From the NCBI GenBank assembly GCA_036172245.1, contig JAYWIR010000001.1, forward strand, positions 7,750,001-7,814,000: 64,000 nucleotides of DNA, written 5' to 3'. Under the pieces are notes generated by a model. The model was not told where the DNA came from. It saw only the letters and a list, made by a program, of their open reading frames with translations, and made no database searches. This DNA comes from Raillietiella orientalis (taxonomy: Eukaryota). Within the stretch, counting starts at the first letter, position 1. The number at the start of each line of letters is the position of its first letter. Made by a program: the position numbers and the translations under genes. Positions 1-12,092 of this stretch are shown piece after piece.

Positions 1-2119
1 TGCATCTTGCTGCCGAGGAAATTGCGTAACGGAAAAGAACAAGGAAGAAAAACGAGGGAAGCTGGATACCCAGGAGCGATGTCGGATGTCGGAGGAGGAC
101 CGAAGGAAGTTCCTTCCCGCCGGCGTTGCGGCGAAGAGCGGCTGAAGCGGGAGAGCACTGATCTTTCTGGCACACTATGCTCCCCATTCCCTGCTAATTT
201 GGGAGTCCCCGATCCATTCATTTCTCCGACAATCCCCGCGGAGAAAGGCAGAAGAGGGTGGGGATGGGGAAAGACAAGGGAAGCTGCTTGGTACTGCAGA
301 TTGGCGCTGCTGCCGCTCTTTCGCTGATTCGTAGCGGATCTTCGGAGAAACGGAAGACCTGAACCCGGAGATGCCGGGTGCAAATGGGGAAGGAAGGAGA
401 CTGTCGGGGATTGGAGCACCTCCGGGGGGAAGAAGGGAGGGTAGTCGGAAGACCCGTCATCGTTTGGTCCTCCTCGGAGATCTCAGACACCAGAAGGACG
501 CTATGGGGGAAGTCTGTCGCCTCCAATGCTCCCCCCCCAGCGCGTCCTTAGTTTTCAGAAGTCTTGGATGATGCGTCCGCACCGACACGGAAGCAAACTG
601 ATGGGAAGAGAATATCACCATGCCTGGGGGACGGGGCAACGCCTTTCTGTGCGGTGAGTTTCGCTGTTAGCGCTGCGCTCGCCGGAAATCCCCTAAGAGG
701 GAGAGGGGGGTGACTATTTCAGCCGGGACGTGAGAGTCCATCGTGGCCTTGACTTCCCACCGCGAACAATGGGCCACGTTCCCATTCTCCGCTCCAGCAC
801 GCGGATGCGAGCGTTTCTCTTGCAAGTCGGCCAAGGGGTCCATTATCAGATAGGAACCGGATGCCTATTGGTCTTCCTTTCTCGAGGAGGGATCCCTACT
901 TCGTCTTAATACTCCACCCCTCTCCCCTCCTCTTGGAGTGAATGGGGAGCCAACCAGGAGCTGTCATTAGTGAGCGCGCTCACGGTTTCCCTGGAAACCA
1001 TCCATTCTGCCCCTAAAGGTGCTGGAAACTTGAATAGACCCTGGAAGAAATTCTATCGGCCATTCCCTCTCCTCCCTCCCCTCCTCCAGTCCGAACAATA
1101 ACCCTGTTTGCTCCGGAAGGCGCAGACAGGGTGCGGGGATTCCCGATCTGCGCGGAATGGGAAGGTTTCCATCCACTAAATCACATCCCTCTCCTTTTCT
1201 TGAGCGTCCTGCTCGGTAGGAGTCTTCGACAAGCGAGCGGTGAAGTTGGTGCGTCTTCGCGGAGCTCCCCCTTTTCGATTGAGGCACAAAGGGAGCCGCC
1301 CAGAGGGTCCCTCGTTCCTTCCATGCTGGGTGTGCCCTCCAAGAGCGCTTCACAGCTCCAGACTCGGCAGCACCGGGGCGCGGAAAACTGGGCGACTCCA
1401 TCTTTTGGAGGTTGAGAAAACAAAGGCACTGGCTTTGAGACGTTGCTTGCCGGGAGTGGTCTATTTGCGACGGCAGATTTGGTTTCCCGGTTCTCCCCCA
1501 TTTGGCACCGGAAGTAGCACGCACAGGTTTTTTCGCGCTCGCGACGCCAGTGTGGATATCTGCGTCATGGAAGAGAACCTCGTTCTGGAACGAGGAAGAG
1601 GAAAGCGCTTGCATCTCTGCTTAGATAGCGCTGGCACGATCTTGCGTTCGGTTCATCCCGCGCGGATCTCAGGTGAAAGCGTTCTGCTTTCTGCACGCCT
1701 ACTATCAGAGGAACAGCGGAGCTTTTTTTTTCTCTTCGGAGATGGCTGCTGCCGAGCGGCGATCTACCCAAAGAGAAGCGAGAAACAAACAAAACAACAA
1801 CAACATCGACGCTGAAATCGCGAGGAGATCCACTCCGAGATCCATGGATGCTGAGTTCACCAAAGAAAGCATTGCTAACACCTTCCTTTCTGAGAGAGGA
1901 TTTCCTGGTCTTCAGCAACGGAAGCATCTCTTCTTGTGCTGCTGCACGCTGCTGCGAACGCAGAACGTCCTCCCAGATGAACCTCCCGGAAAGGAGTTTG
2001 GAAGAGTCGAGGCGGATTTCCGGTTCCTTCCCGCGATTCGTCTCATCGACGATGCCTTCACGTTGTCCGGCGACCCTCGAGGATCTTCTCGGTGTGGGAT
2101 GGGAAGCGCATGTACCCTT

Positions 2120-2400
2120 CCGAGCGCATGCGCAGTTTGATCTGATAGGCAGGTGCTTAGCCCGTGACAAGGTAAATTCATCTCTGGCGGAGAGAAAAAA
2201 AAAAAAAGAAAAAAGGTGGGGTTGAAGGGGGGGGGGGGGAGAATCCGCAAAACCCTACACCGAAAAAAAAAAAAAAAAACGGGAAAAAACGACTCGGCTC
2301 GGCAGGGAACCCCAAATTCAGTCTGGGAATTTGGCGCGCGCACGCGCACGCGGAGGCGGAAGCGTTCGACAGGAAGTGACTTTGTGAGTCCCACTCAACA
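2120..2400. promoter_or_regulatory. Housekeeping-type promoter motif cluster
   Basis: NRF1/Ewg-like GCGCATGCGC (2124-2133) and GCGCACGCGC repeats, ETS-like CGGAAG and CAGGAAGTG (~2357-2378), and poly-dA tracts, in CpG-rich context. No associated gene was identified. Confidence 0.3.
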
Positions 2401-5400
2401 ATGGTGTATGGCGGAAATAGGGTGAACAAAAGAGTTGGGTCCGCCCGCCCAAGGTTTTGCTCGCGAGCGCGAAATTGGGACCGTGTCAGCGGTGCCAGGG
2501 GCACGCTCGTCTTTGTGGAATACCGGAAGAGCTTTTTTCTTCGAGGGCCGAATCTATTCGTCCCCCCCCCCCTGGTGGTTTGCGTAGGATCGCGTGTTCC
2601 GTAGGAAGTCGCGAGGGGCAATTTCGGTCTGCCTGTAGGGCGTTTCGGGATCCCGCTGAAACGGCGGATGCTGTTTGCTACGGGCACAATAAGCGGGAGA
2701 GGAGGGCAGGGGGCGGCGACGACTGCACGAACGCGCTGCAGCGAACTTTCACTGACAGCAAATCGAAAACACACAACACGACGACTGCATGGAGCGTACG
2801 CATACGACGACGACGACGACGACAAGAAAAAAGGAAAGCCCTCCGAAAGCCCCGAGCAGTTTGCAGCATTTAGTGGGCGTGGCCTCGTGGTTCCGGAATG
2901 TTTCTTCGGGAAGACCTGGTCCAGACTCCACAGGAGCTCGGAGGTCTCCTCCGAGACGAGCCCGAGTTCCGAGACATACGCCCTCGGCGAGGGGACTTCT
3001 GCACTGGAAGCTGTGGAACGATATTTGGGACTCTCCGCAGTAATCGTCGGGAGAGGGGGAGCGATGGGGGAGGGGCGCAGGTGCGGCCGCCGCATTTCGA
3101 TCACGATCGCGGTTGAGCCGTACCTCCTCCTCGGTGCGACCACGTGACTCCTCCCGTCCCTCCGGACCGCGCGGCTGCGATCGCGGGAGCGCCCGCGCGG
3201 GGCGGATGGCGCGAAACGTACGCCCGGACGCGTGCAGGAAGAGGAGTGCTTTCCGGGAAGGACGGGAATCGTTGCGAATGCGTGGTAAAGTGCGGTTTCC
3301 CGCCGGGGTAGGTGGTGGTGGTGGTGGTCAGCCCGAGCCACGCCGTCTGCGACGCGGCTCGGGCTTTTCTTTCGTTCCTTCTTTCTTTCTCCTCTTTTTT
3401 TTTTTTTCTTCTCGTTTTGCCAGCATCCGCTGGGAACTCTGGAAAGCGCCCGTACCTCTTCTCGCAGGCTGGGAGCACGAAAGTGAAAATCAGCAGACGT
3501 CCCAGTCGAATGGGAAACGGCTCGATGAAAGGAAAAAAAAAAAAAAAGGAGGAGGAGGAGGAGGATGGTTTCGAAGATGGAGGAACGTGGAAGCGCTGCG
3601 AGTTCCATGCCGGAAAGCCGTCATCCTCTTGACATCGTCATTAACATCTCTGAAGCGAGAGCGTCCCCCCCCCCCCCCCTGACGGCAGCGGCTGCACTTC
3701 GTTCCGAAACGCTTTCGTCCAGGCCTTTTTCCGGTCGAGCCCGCGTCGGAAGTGAAGCAACCCATTTTGGCTGCCGCCTTCCCACGAACTCCCATCGAGG
3801 GCGTCCTGCAAGAGCGGATTTTCGTGCGCCTCTCTCCCTCTCTCTCTCTCCCTCGCGTGCGCCCGCTTTTCCCACCTGCCTACATTCTGATCACGGCGAG
3901 ATACGCTCTCCTGAGCCCATCCCTTTCCTTCTGCCGCCACACCGGTCGCCGGGAAGAAATAGACTGACAATCCCTCCCCTTTCCCCCCCCCCCCGGGTCA
4001 GCCACGTTTCGGAGGGGGGCGGCGGCGGATGCCGCAAGGTCGCCTTCCATGTTGCAAGGGTTGCAGCTCGTGAGGTCACTTCCACAGAAGCAGGCGGGCA
4101 GGCAACACCGCCAGCTGCTCCCTCGACGTGCGTCCCGGGTCCCGGATGCCTGCAGCACGCGTGAGAAGCAGCAGGTTCCTCGCGAAGTCGCTCCCCCGTT
4201 TATTCCGACGGCTGGAATTTACTCACCTCTTCGCTCGCCCCCGGACAACTTTCCCTTCCCGGATTCTCCTCGGAGCGCCTCAGCAGCGAAAGGATGATCC
4301 ATGCAGAACCTACGGGGGAAATCTGGAGTTTCCTCGAGTGATCCCCGTCCCGGAACCTCCAAAAAAACTGCGGGAGCGTCTCGAGTGGCCAGAGTCGATT
4401 ACCACATTAATCCTTGGAAAGGGAAGGCCGGGGATAAGTGCCGTTGGGTGCAAACGGCGTGGTCGTTGCCCGGACGTGCGATTTCCACAGAAGTCCCTGT
4501 TCGTAGGGATTTCGTCGCCAACAGAGCGACGTCGAATGCGACCCCTCCCTCACCACAGAGAGCGCAGCGTGGGGAGAGAAATCCTATCGGAAACCTCATT
4601 ACAGCACGCGCATTCATTCTTGCCGGTGAGACAGGGAAGGCAGCATCCGAACCGGGCGGAATCCCTCAGTTTAGGCAGATTTTCGCCACCAGTTCTGCAG
4701 CCCATCTTTACCTCGTGGCAGGAGTCACCGACGACTAGCAGAGTCGAAGAGACAAAAGCCCTCTGAACGAAGGAGTGCCATCAGAGGCGGTTCTTCAGCA
4801 TCCCCTCCCACCGTAGCATCTAATGTTCCAGGAGGACACATCCTGCGCCCCGAAATCACGAAGAGTTCTCAACTCTCTTGCTCGCTTATCTGCTCCATCT
4901 GCACGCCCGATCCAAGACGAGGAAGAGGGAGTTTGTGTGAGGTTCATCTTTTCCGTGTATTTGGACGGGAGCCCGCGACTTCACATCTGCAACCCCTGGG
5001 CTGGATCCCACCTTGATCGATGCTGTTCGACCAAGGCCGACTCATCCCCGTGAACCCAACTTCCCGGAGTTCTTGTCGGTCGATCAGTGTGTACTCCTCT
5101 GTAGAGGGAGACTCGGGTCACGTCCCTGCACCATCTGGGACATCTCAAATGGCCGCGCTGATGAGCGGGAAACTGACAGAGAATCCATTAACCCCTTTCG
5201 GTCCGTGACCCTCAAGCTGCACGTTCTGCAGCTTTCTGTCTCCAAGAAAGCATGACAGAAGAAAAACACAGCTAGAAGTGGATAGAGTGCCGGAAGAGGT
5301 CGGCCACGAGGTCATACTGCCCATTCCTTTCCTTTTGTAACGTACTACTTTTTTCCACCAGACGTGAGAAAAAGGACGCTGGGGTTGTCCCAGAGACCCA

Positions 5401-6199
5401 GCCCTGGAGGTGGCTCGAGGTATCGCGAAATCCCTCGATCTCCTCCTTTGCACCGCCCATTCGATGTTTTCCCAATGGTTTGAATCAGAGGAAGAGGAAC
5501 AGGAAAGTGAGGGGGGAACTTACTGGCGTAAGAAGTGCATCCTCGAGGTTTCTGAAAAACCCCCGGGCTGCCGTTCGCGTCGTTTCGCATCGAGTGGCCC
5601 GGCGAAGAGCTCCTCCCTCTTGCTGCCTCGCAAGGACCACTTGCACTCGCCACCTTTTCCATCCTCAAGCTTTCGAAAAGTGGGTTGCTGAAGTAAGGAG
5701 GAAGCTTTGATGGCACTCTTTCGCGCCGAGGACTTCTACATCTTCGACTGTATCAGTCGCCCTCGTTGGCGACTTCTGCCGCATGAGGGAAACCTCTGCG
5801 ACCCGCCCAGCGCACGGACGTCGCTGACACTCCTTTGCAATCGCCATTGCGCCACCTATCCGAAGTGAGCAGAAGTGGGACCCAACTGACCTTGGTCACA
5901 TGGTGGCTCATCGGAGCAATTAGGGACCAACTCGTTTTTTTTTTTTTTTTTGCTGTCCTTTCCCCTACATCACTGAAGACCTCTCCTTCCAGACCAACCG
6001 TGAGTCGGCCTTTCCCTCCTTGGTAAAGGTTTCTGGGAAAATGCAGTCGCCACTCTGCACTTTCATTTATCCGTTCTTTTTGCTATGAGCAAACGCCCTG
6101 AAAGAACCCTCTCATCAAGGAGTGTCGGCCCATCTATTTAGAATAAGTAAATGGAGTTTAAATAAGAAAGGTTGAGGACAGAAGCTTCTTGATATGGGA

Positions 6200-6410
6200 A
6201 GCTGATGTTCCTAGATCAAGAAGGGCATCAGGGAGGCGATGGAAACGAACATGCAGGAAGTGTAACCGCTGACTACGAAGGGTTTCCTCCCTTCTCTGAC
6301 TTGGAGGACCCCGCAGAAATGGAGGTCTTCATCAATTGCACTCTGAACCTGGTGCATGACCTCTGCTGCTTCGTGTTGATCGCGAAGCGCTCCCTGGTGT
6401 TCCTGCGGCC
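6200..6410. repeat. Diverged direct repeat, copy 1 (partner at ~8027-8237)
   Basis: 6301-6410 versus 8128-8237 shows 7 mismatches in 110 nt with no gaps. The upstream ~100 nt aligns but is clearly more diverged. Confidence 0.9.
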
Positions 6411-8026
6411 AACTTCCCCGAGACATAACTATCTGGGAAATGTGTGCGGGGAGGGGGGCTAAAAGGGAGAGAAATGGACTGACCTCACTGTGGTCTGCAG
6501 GACTCCCGAGGGCTAACAGCATCGGTAGGCGACGGATGAGGAGGAACTAGACTCTTGGTTGTAAGCCAGCCTGCACCCGCAATCTTCCTCAGGATCCATT
6601 CACTTCCACCTTCCACTTTGAATCATTTTGCCACACCTCTCACGAGGACCATGGAGATCTCGAGCGGCTCCCTTGGGATGGCGGTCCCTGCGAAGGCCGC
6701 GTGGAAAGTCCAGAAACCATGGGTGTTCGGTGGAGTCCTTCTTCCACTTGCTCACCCTTTCCCTCTTCTTCCTTCGTCTCCTCCTTGCTTACCCCTTCCT
6801 TCTGAAGTGCTGTTCGACATCCTGTAAACCTGCGCGACGAAGAGTGGCATTTTCTCGAATTTCCCGTCCGCTATTTTGCAATGGCTGCGCGACCTTCTCC
6901 ATCCGGTACGAGGAAGAGAGACGTTCTTCTGCCCATCTTTGGAGTGCATCTCATACTTCTGTGCGCGCGATGAAATTCTTCCTAGGACAACTCGCTCACA
7001 GGAATCGTAGGGCACGCGTCGCAGTGTGCACCCTACAACTTCCCCAGACGTTGTCTCTAGGCTCGTCCCGTAAGGTGGTGGTCCTTTCATCATCGAAGAG
7101 CATCCAGAGCAGAATTAAAAATATCTGAGAACCGGCAACTCGAATGTTGGGTGTGCATTCAGGTGTGCCATTGCGCGGATCCGAATCACGGTGCAGATAA
7201 ATGGGCCGTGCACACGCGCTTCGTTGCCATGGTTGCCTGAAGGAAAGGGAGGAAAAAAAACAAGGAGGAAGAAGAGCTGGAGGGCCCCGTCATCCCGCGA
7301 GCCCTAAAAGTTTCCTCGAGGGTCGCTCGTGGCCGCGTCTTACCTTCCAAAATGACTCGCCCAGAGTTCCCCGCTCGAGCGGAGATGTCCGGCCGCCCTC
7401 TTTCTTTATGGGAGCGCACATGCAAGACATCTTTCAAAAGTTTCTCCTTCAATCTCGATAAACGGAGGGAATTCTGGGAATTTTCATCAGCAACGGTTGG
7501 CTGCTGGGATACCCGGAACAAACAACATTGTCCATATTCAGAGGACCACAACAGCCGTTCCCTATGATTTCCTGCACCTTTTTGGCTGCTTCCTTGATCT
7601 CATCTGGAGATGGGGTTCGTATCTGTCACTCAAGTGACCGCTCCTTCCTCAGAGGTCGAAGTCCAAGAAGAGGTTCGCCGGCAATTCTTTCGGTGCGCGG
7701 TCTCCTCAAAGAGCGGATGAATTCCAACGAGCTGCCGTCTCTACTAGAAGCAGCGGTCTCACGAGGATCACTGCATGCCGGCTGGTAGCCCAATTCGTGC
7801 TTCGCCCCTTGCTTTTCCTGTTCATTCGGGACAGGCAGGAGTCTCTCTCCGGGTACCTCCTGAGCAAAGGGATTGCACCTGCCGCCGCCTCTGCAGTCCC
7901 CCTTTGCTTCCCTGCTCGAGAGTCACCCGGTGTCCCATGTTCCAGCAAGAGGGATGACTCAACAACGGACGCGCATGGCAACCGGGCCGCTTCTGACGAG
8001 CTCCTTTCGTTTCATCGAGGCGGGAA

Positions 8027-8237
8027 GTCTGGTGTTCCCACATCGAGAAGGGCATCAAGGAGGCGGTGGACACGCAGATTCAGGAAGTGCTACCGCTGAG
8101 GATGGAGAACTTTCTCCTTTCCTAACCTTGGAGGATCCCGCAGAAATGGAGGCCTTCATCAGCTGCACTCTGAACCTGGTGCATGACCTCTGCTGTTTCG
8201 TGTTGATGGCGAAGCGCTTCCTGGTGTTCCTGCGGCC
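8027..8237. repeat. Diverged direct repeat, copy 2
   Basis: See copy 1; offset 1827 nt. Confidence 0.9.
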
Positions 8238-11200
8238 GCAGTCCGCAGCTTGACGAGAACTCTCGTGGAGGAGCAGGTGGAGATCTCCTTCGCCTCGAGA
8301 CTCCGAAGGTTCTGGAAACAGAGATTTTGTCCATTGAGGGGACTGCTCAGATTCGAGAAGGATTTTGCTCTTTCTTACGCCAAGAAGCTTTTATGAGGAC
8401 GACGGCTTGCTGATCTTCTGAAGGACCTCAAGAAATTAGAGGATTCCAACCTTCTGGAGAGAACAATCAGCTTTCACATTTTATGTAAGGGATGAAGATC
8501 ACTCTCTCTCTCTTCCAGGGAGCCCCAGTGACAACAACCACAACCGCAACAAGTGGCTCTGCGCGAAACCAGAAATGAAATACGAACGGCTTCAAGGAGA
8601 ATGTTCTCCCTCAATACCAGAAGCTAGCTGTTTAGCCTTCAAATGGAACAGTTGCAGTTACTCTGGGACCTAGGAAAGTCATCGTCGTTCTATAGGTCAG
8701 AACCCTTCTTTTCAAATGATTTGATCCTCCTCGTGCGATGAATCAAGGTCATCTTTGTTCTCATTCCCAACAATAATTTCGCACCGTAGGACGAAGTGTC
8801 CTGCATTTCGGAACCAGAAACCGACAAGGAATACCGATAGCCATCGTTGATGACTACTGAGAGCCACCACCATCAGAGTTACCCATTGAAATTCTCTTTT
8901 TTGCAGCTTCTTGTGAGAATTGCCCGCGGGCATTGCGGAGGGAACTGTCAGCCTTTCCACAACGGATAATCCAATCGGATTCATCGCCAGAGACAAAGAG
9001 GAAAACAGTCCTACCCAAGGCGGGTCTCCCGAGAAACAATTCCTTCGTTTGACAGGGTCACGCCCTCGCTCTCCCGCTTCACAAATGAAAACACAAGCGC
9101 TCAAAGGTGAGAGAAACGTTCAGGGATGGGTTGAGAGGATTCATGACTTCTCTGGAAGGCCTGGAAATGATTCCATCCTCCATCACCCAAAACTTGCCAC
9201 AGCTGCGGTGGAACCATCATCCGAGCGCACATCTATCACCCGTGGTTTGCTCACTTGGCGGCTCCCTTGTCTTCAGGAAAGAGGTACGGAGGGCAGCAAC
9301 GCGTTTCAATCATCGGAGTAGTTGGTTGCCTATTGCCAAAGTGAGCATACTCCTCCGAATGCTGAACATAGGCCTCTATGAGTCTATGGAGTACTCGAGA
9401 GCACTTCCGGTCATTTCTGTGACGAGAGTCCTAGTGGCGAGTAAGCAACCTCAGCTGAAAAAGAGTCATGGAGAGGTCAGGTCTCAAGCAGTGGGTAGGG
9501 TCATCATGATCCGATTTTAGCTTCGTAACCAAGTTCGAAAACAATGCGAGTGCTCTTTCAATTCTGGAGATTCCATCTCAGCCAGAGGCACCTCAAGGCA
9601 ATTCCCATTACGGACATCACATTGATCCCTTTGCCCTGCCGACTACTGAGGAAGTCACTATTTTTCCAAATGATCCAATCGGGCCTTGTAATCCCTTCCA
9701 TTGGACTGCGGATCTTCACGAGAAGGGACAAGATGGAGATGCGCTCGCGACATCCCCATGCGTACAAAATGAAGCCTTTGGAGCTCAGAATCTGGATATC
9801 CAACCTTGGCTTCTGGGTGGGAGGGGGGAAAAACCACGTGATGAGGCAAGTTGTCTTTCGAGCAAGTATACGGCATCAGTCTGAACGCATCTTTTGGTCC
9901 AGCCATTGGTAATCTTCAGCCAGGTTCTTCCATTGCCAAAAGCAATCGATTCTTTTGCTGCTCTTCGAGTTGGCCTTCGTGGAGTCGAGTGACTTGCGGC
10001 CTTTCTGTCGACAGCACCCCTAGATGCCGCTGCCACTCCAGGTGTCGCCTCTTAGTCCGTTGCGAAACAAACTCAACACGGAATGTGAGAAGTTCTCAGA
10101 GACAGCTCGACCCTCCTGGATCTCGCAAGAATCCTTCATCCTAAGGAATTCTCAATGCGAACTGTTCCCTTCGCTCTGTTCATACGAGTTTCACCTTGGA
10201 GACGATCTGAGGAAGCGCTCGAGAACCACGGGGGGAAGAAAGCGGCGTTCCATCGGTGCGTTTCGCTCAGCCAGGGACCATCGTCGACGCGGTCGGAGGA
10301 GCGAGCAAATCTGGAGGAGAAGTACCAAGGCTCAGGTTGGGGTGGAGTCTGACCTCGGACAGCCCTGCTCCCTCTAATCCTCGCTCGCACTTCCTTCAGT
10401 CCATCCGTTCATGGGTCTACGTTCCTGTTTTCCTCTGGAAATGAGGAGGAACGGACGTGACAGGAGACTGTGAGTCGGAGACAGCGAGGAAGGAATTCCT
10501 CCGGGTGGTCTCGGGAAGGGAAGAACGTGGTCAAATATGTCCCCATCGGATCGAGTCTGCCTCTCAGTAGAGAAATTCCACACGGACGCCGGACTCCGCG
10601 GGACGGAAGATTCCGACTGTCGCGGGTAGCATCTCAGTGACCGGTCGCCTCGAGGGGAGGAGGTCGTTCCAGGAGAGCCCAATACCTGCTTGTGACGCCA
10701 AGTGAGACTCGAACCGGCCCCACCTCGTATGCAGCTGTCTTGGAGGCAGGGGAGTGGAGGCGGGGGGTTGCTTAGGAGGAATCAGAGTGAAGGAATGGCC
10801 ACTCAAGAGGGTGAGCAAGAGCGTGGGCAGGATTGTGGACAATAGGGTGAGAGAGAGGACGAGGAGGAGACTCCCCGCCGACAAGGGTGCCTTCCGCTGT
10901 TCCTGTTGGTAATCAGTTCCTCTTGTCTTCCGCTGTTTCCCTCGAAATGTTCATCTTCTGCAGCAGGCAGACGACACATCTGTGAAGGGCAGCTTCCTCT
11001 CGAGGCGATGCTACAAGGAAGACCTCGGAAGGCACTAGAAAGGGAAGGAAAGGAGACCACTTCTATCCTACGCAAGCAGATCCGACTGGTTCGCAAGCAG
11101 ATCTAGAAAAAGCCCCGCTGTTGGTCTTGAAGAGCAGGAGGCGCGAGCAGTCTCTCTCCAATCTCCATGGAGCCGCAGAGAGTATCCTCCTGATGTCTTA

Positions 11201-12046
11201 CAACCGGGTGCTCCCTACAGCTGCTCCGTCACGGCACCTCCATGCTTCAGTAGAATAGGAGAAAGGGAAAGAGGAAGAGGATGGAGGGTGGGGGCAAAGG
11301 AAGCAGCTTGCTTAGTGAGACTTCACAACCCGTAGATCTCCGTACACGTTGCCCCTGCAACAAGGAGGCCGGAGCACCTCCTGGCTACCGCACTCTGAAG
11401 TTGAGGAATCCTTGGAGTAAACTGGTCAGTGTGAGTGATTTTATTGGATCCATGAGACGGAGGGTGATTAAATCTTCTCCTGTCTTCCCTGGGAAGCTCC
11501 GCCACTCAAGAGGCGCCCTGCTCTCATGCTGGCGGCGACGCAATCTCGGAAGAAGGAAGAAGGCCACGGCTAGCAGAGGGATCTTCGAGGGTGTTCAAGA
11601 CCACTACTCCAGCCTCCCTGGACCTGCGAACGCCGTCCGCCTCGAGGAAGCCAAGATTTCCCCTTGCCTTCTTGGAATTGCACGCGCACACCTCCTGCCT
11701 TTCTCGTGGCGGCGACCAGCCATCTGGGAAGGCAAAGCTCGTGATCGGTTCGTGCGTGCGGGCGGCAGCGAGAGGAGCAGAAGAGAGCTTGACCCGGAGG
11801 TGTGGAGGCCTTTGACTCGTGCCAAGGAGGCCAGGCCGGAACCCGCAGCGTTCACGAGGGAAGTTTGTTGACCTTGGATGGGGTCCTTGGCAGGGATTTC
11901 GCTTCCCACCCCTTTTCCGTCTCTTGCCAATTTGCACTAGGTGCCCTCCCGGGAGAAGCTGGAAACTGTTGGTTTCCGGTTCCCAGCTCACCCCTCTCCG
12001 GCTGCCGAACATCTGCGATGCTCCAGGAAAAGGAAAGGAAAGGAGT

Positions 12047-12092
12047 TCCGAGGATTCTGCGCGGGAAGCGTTTCCCGCGCAGAATCCTCGGA
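12047..12092. repeat. Perfect 21-bp inverted repeat with a 4-nt spacer
   Basis: TCCGAGGATTCTGCGCGGGAA-GCGT-TTCCCGCGCAGAATCCTCGGA. Confidence 0.95.

Noticed and set aside
2178..3608. 476-aa minus-strand ORF
   Set aside because: Runs through homopolymers and microsatellites (poly-F, poly-L, poly-P, poly-S), has no domain, and has long ORFs in other frames too. This is typical of GC-rich noncoding DNA.
5709..5866. MALFRAEDFYIF..., faintly like a SAC2/INPP5F N-terminus
   Set aside because: The similarity ends after about 12 residues and I found no SAC-domain exons downstream.
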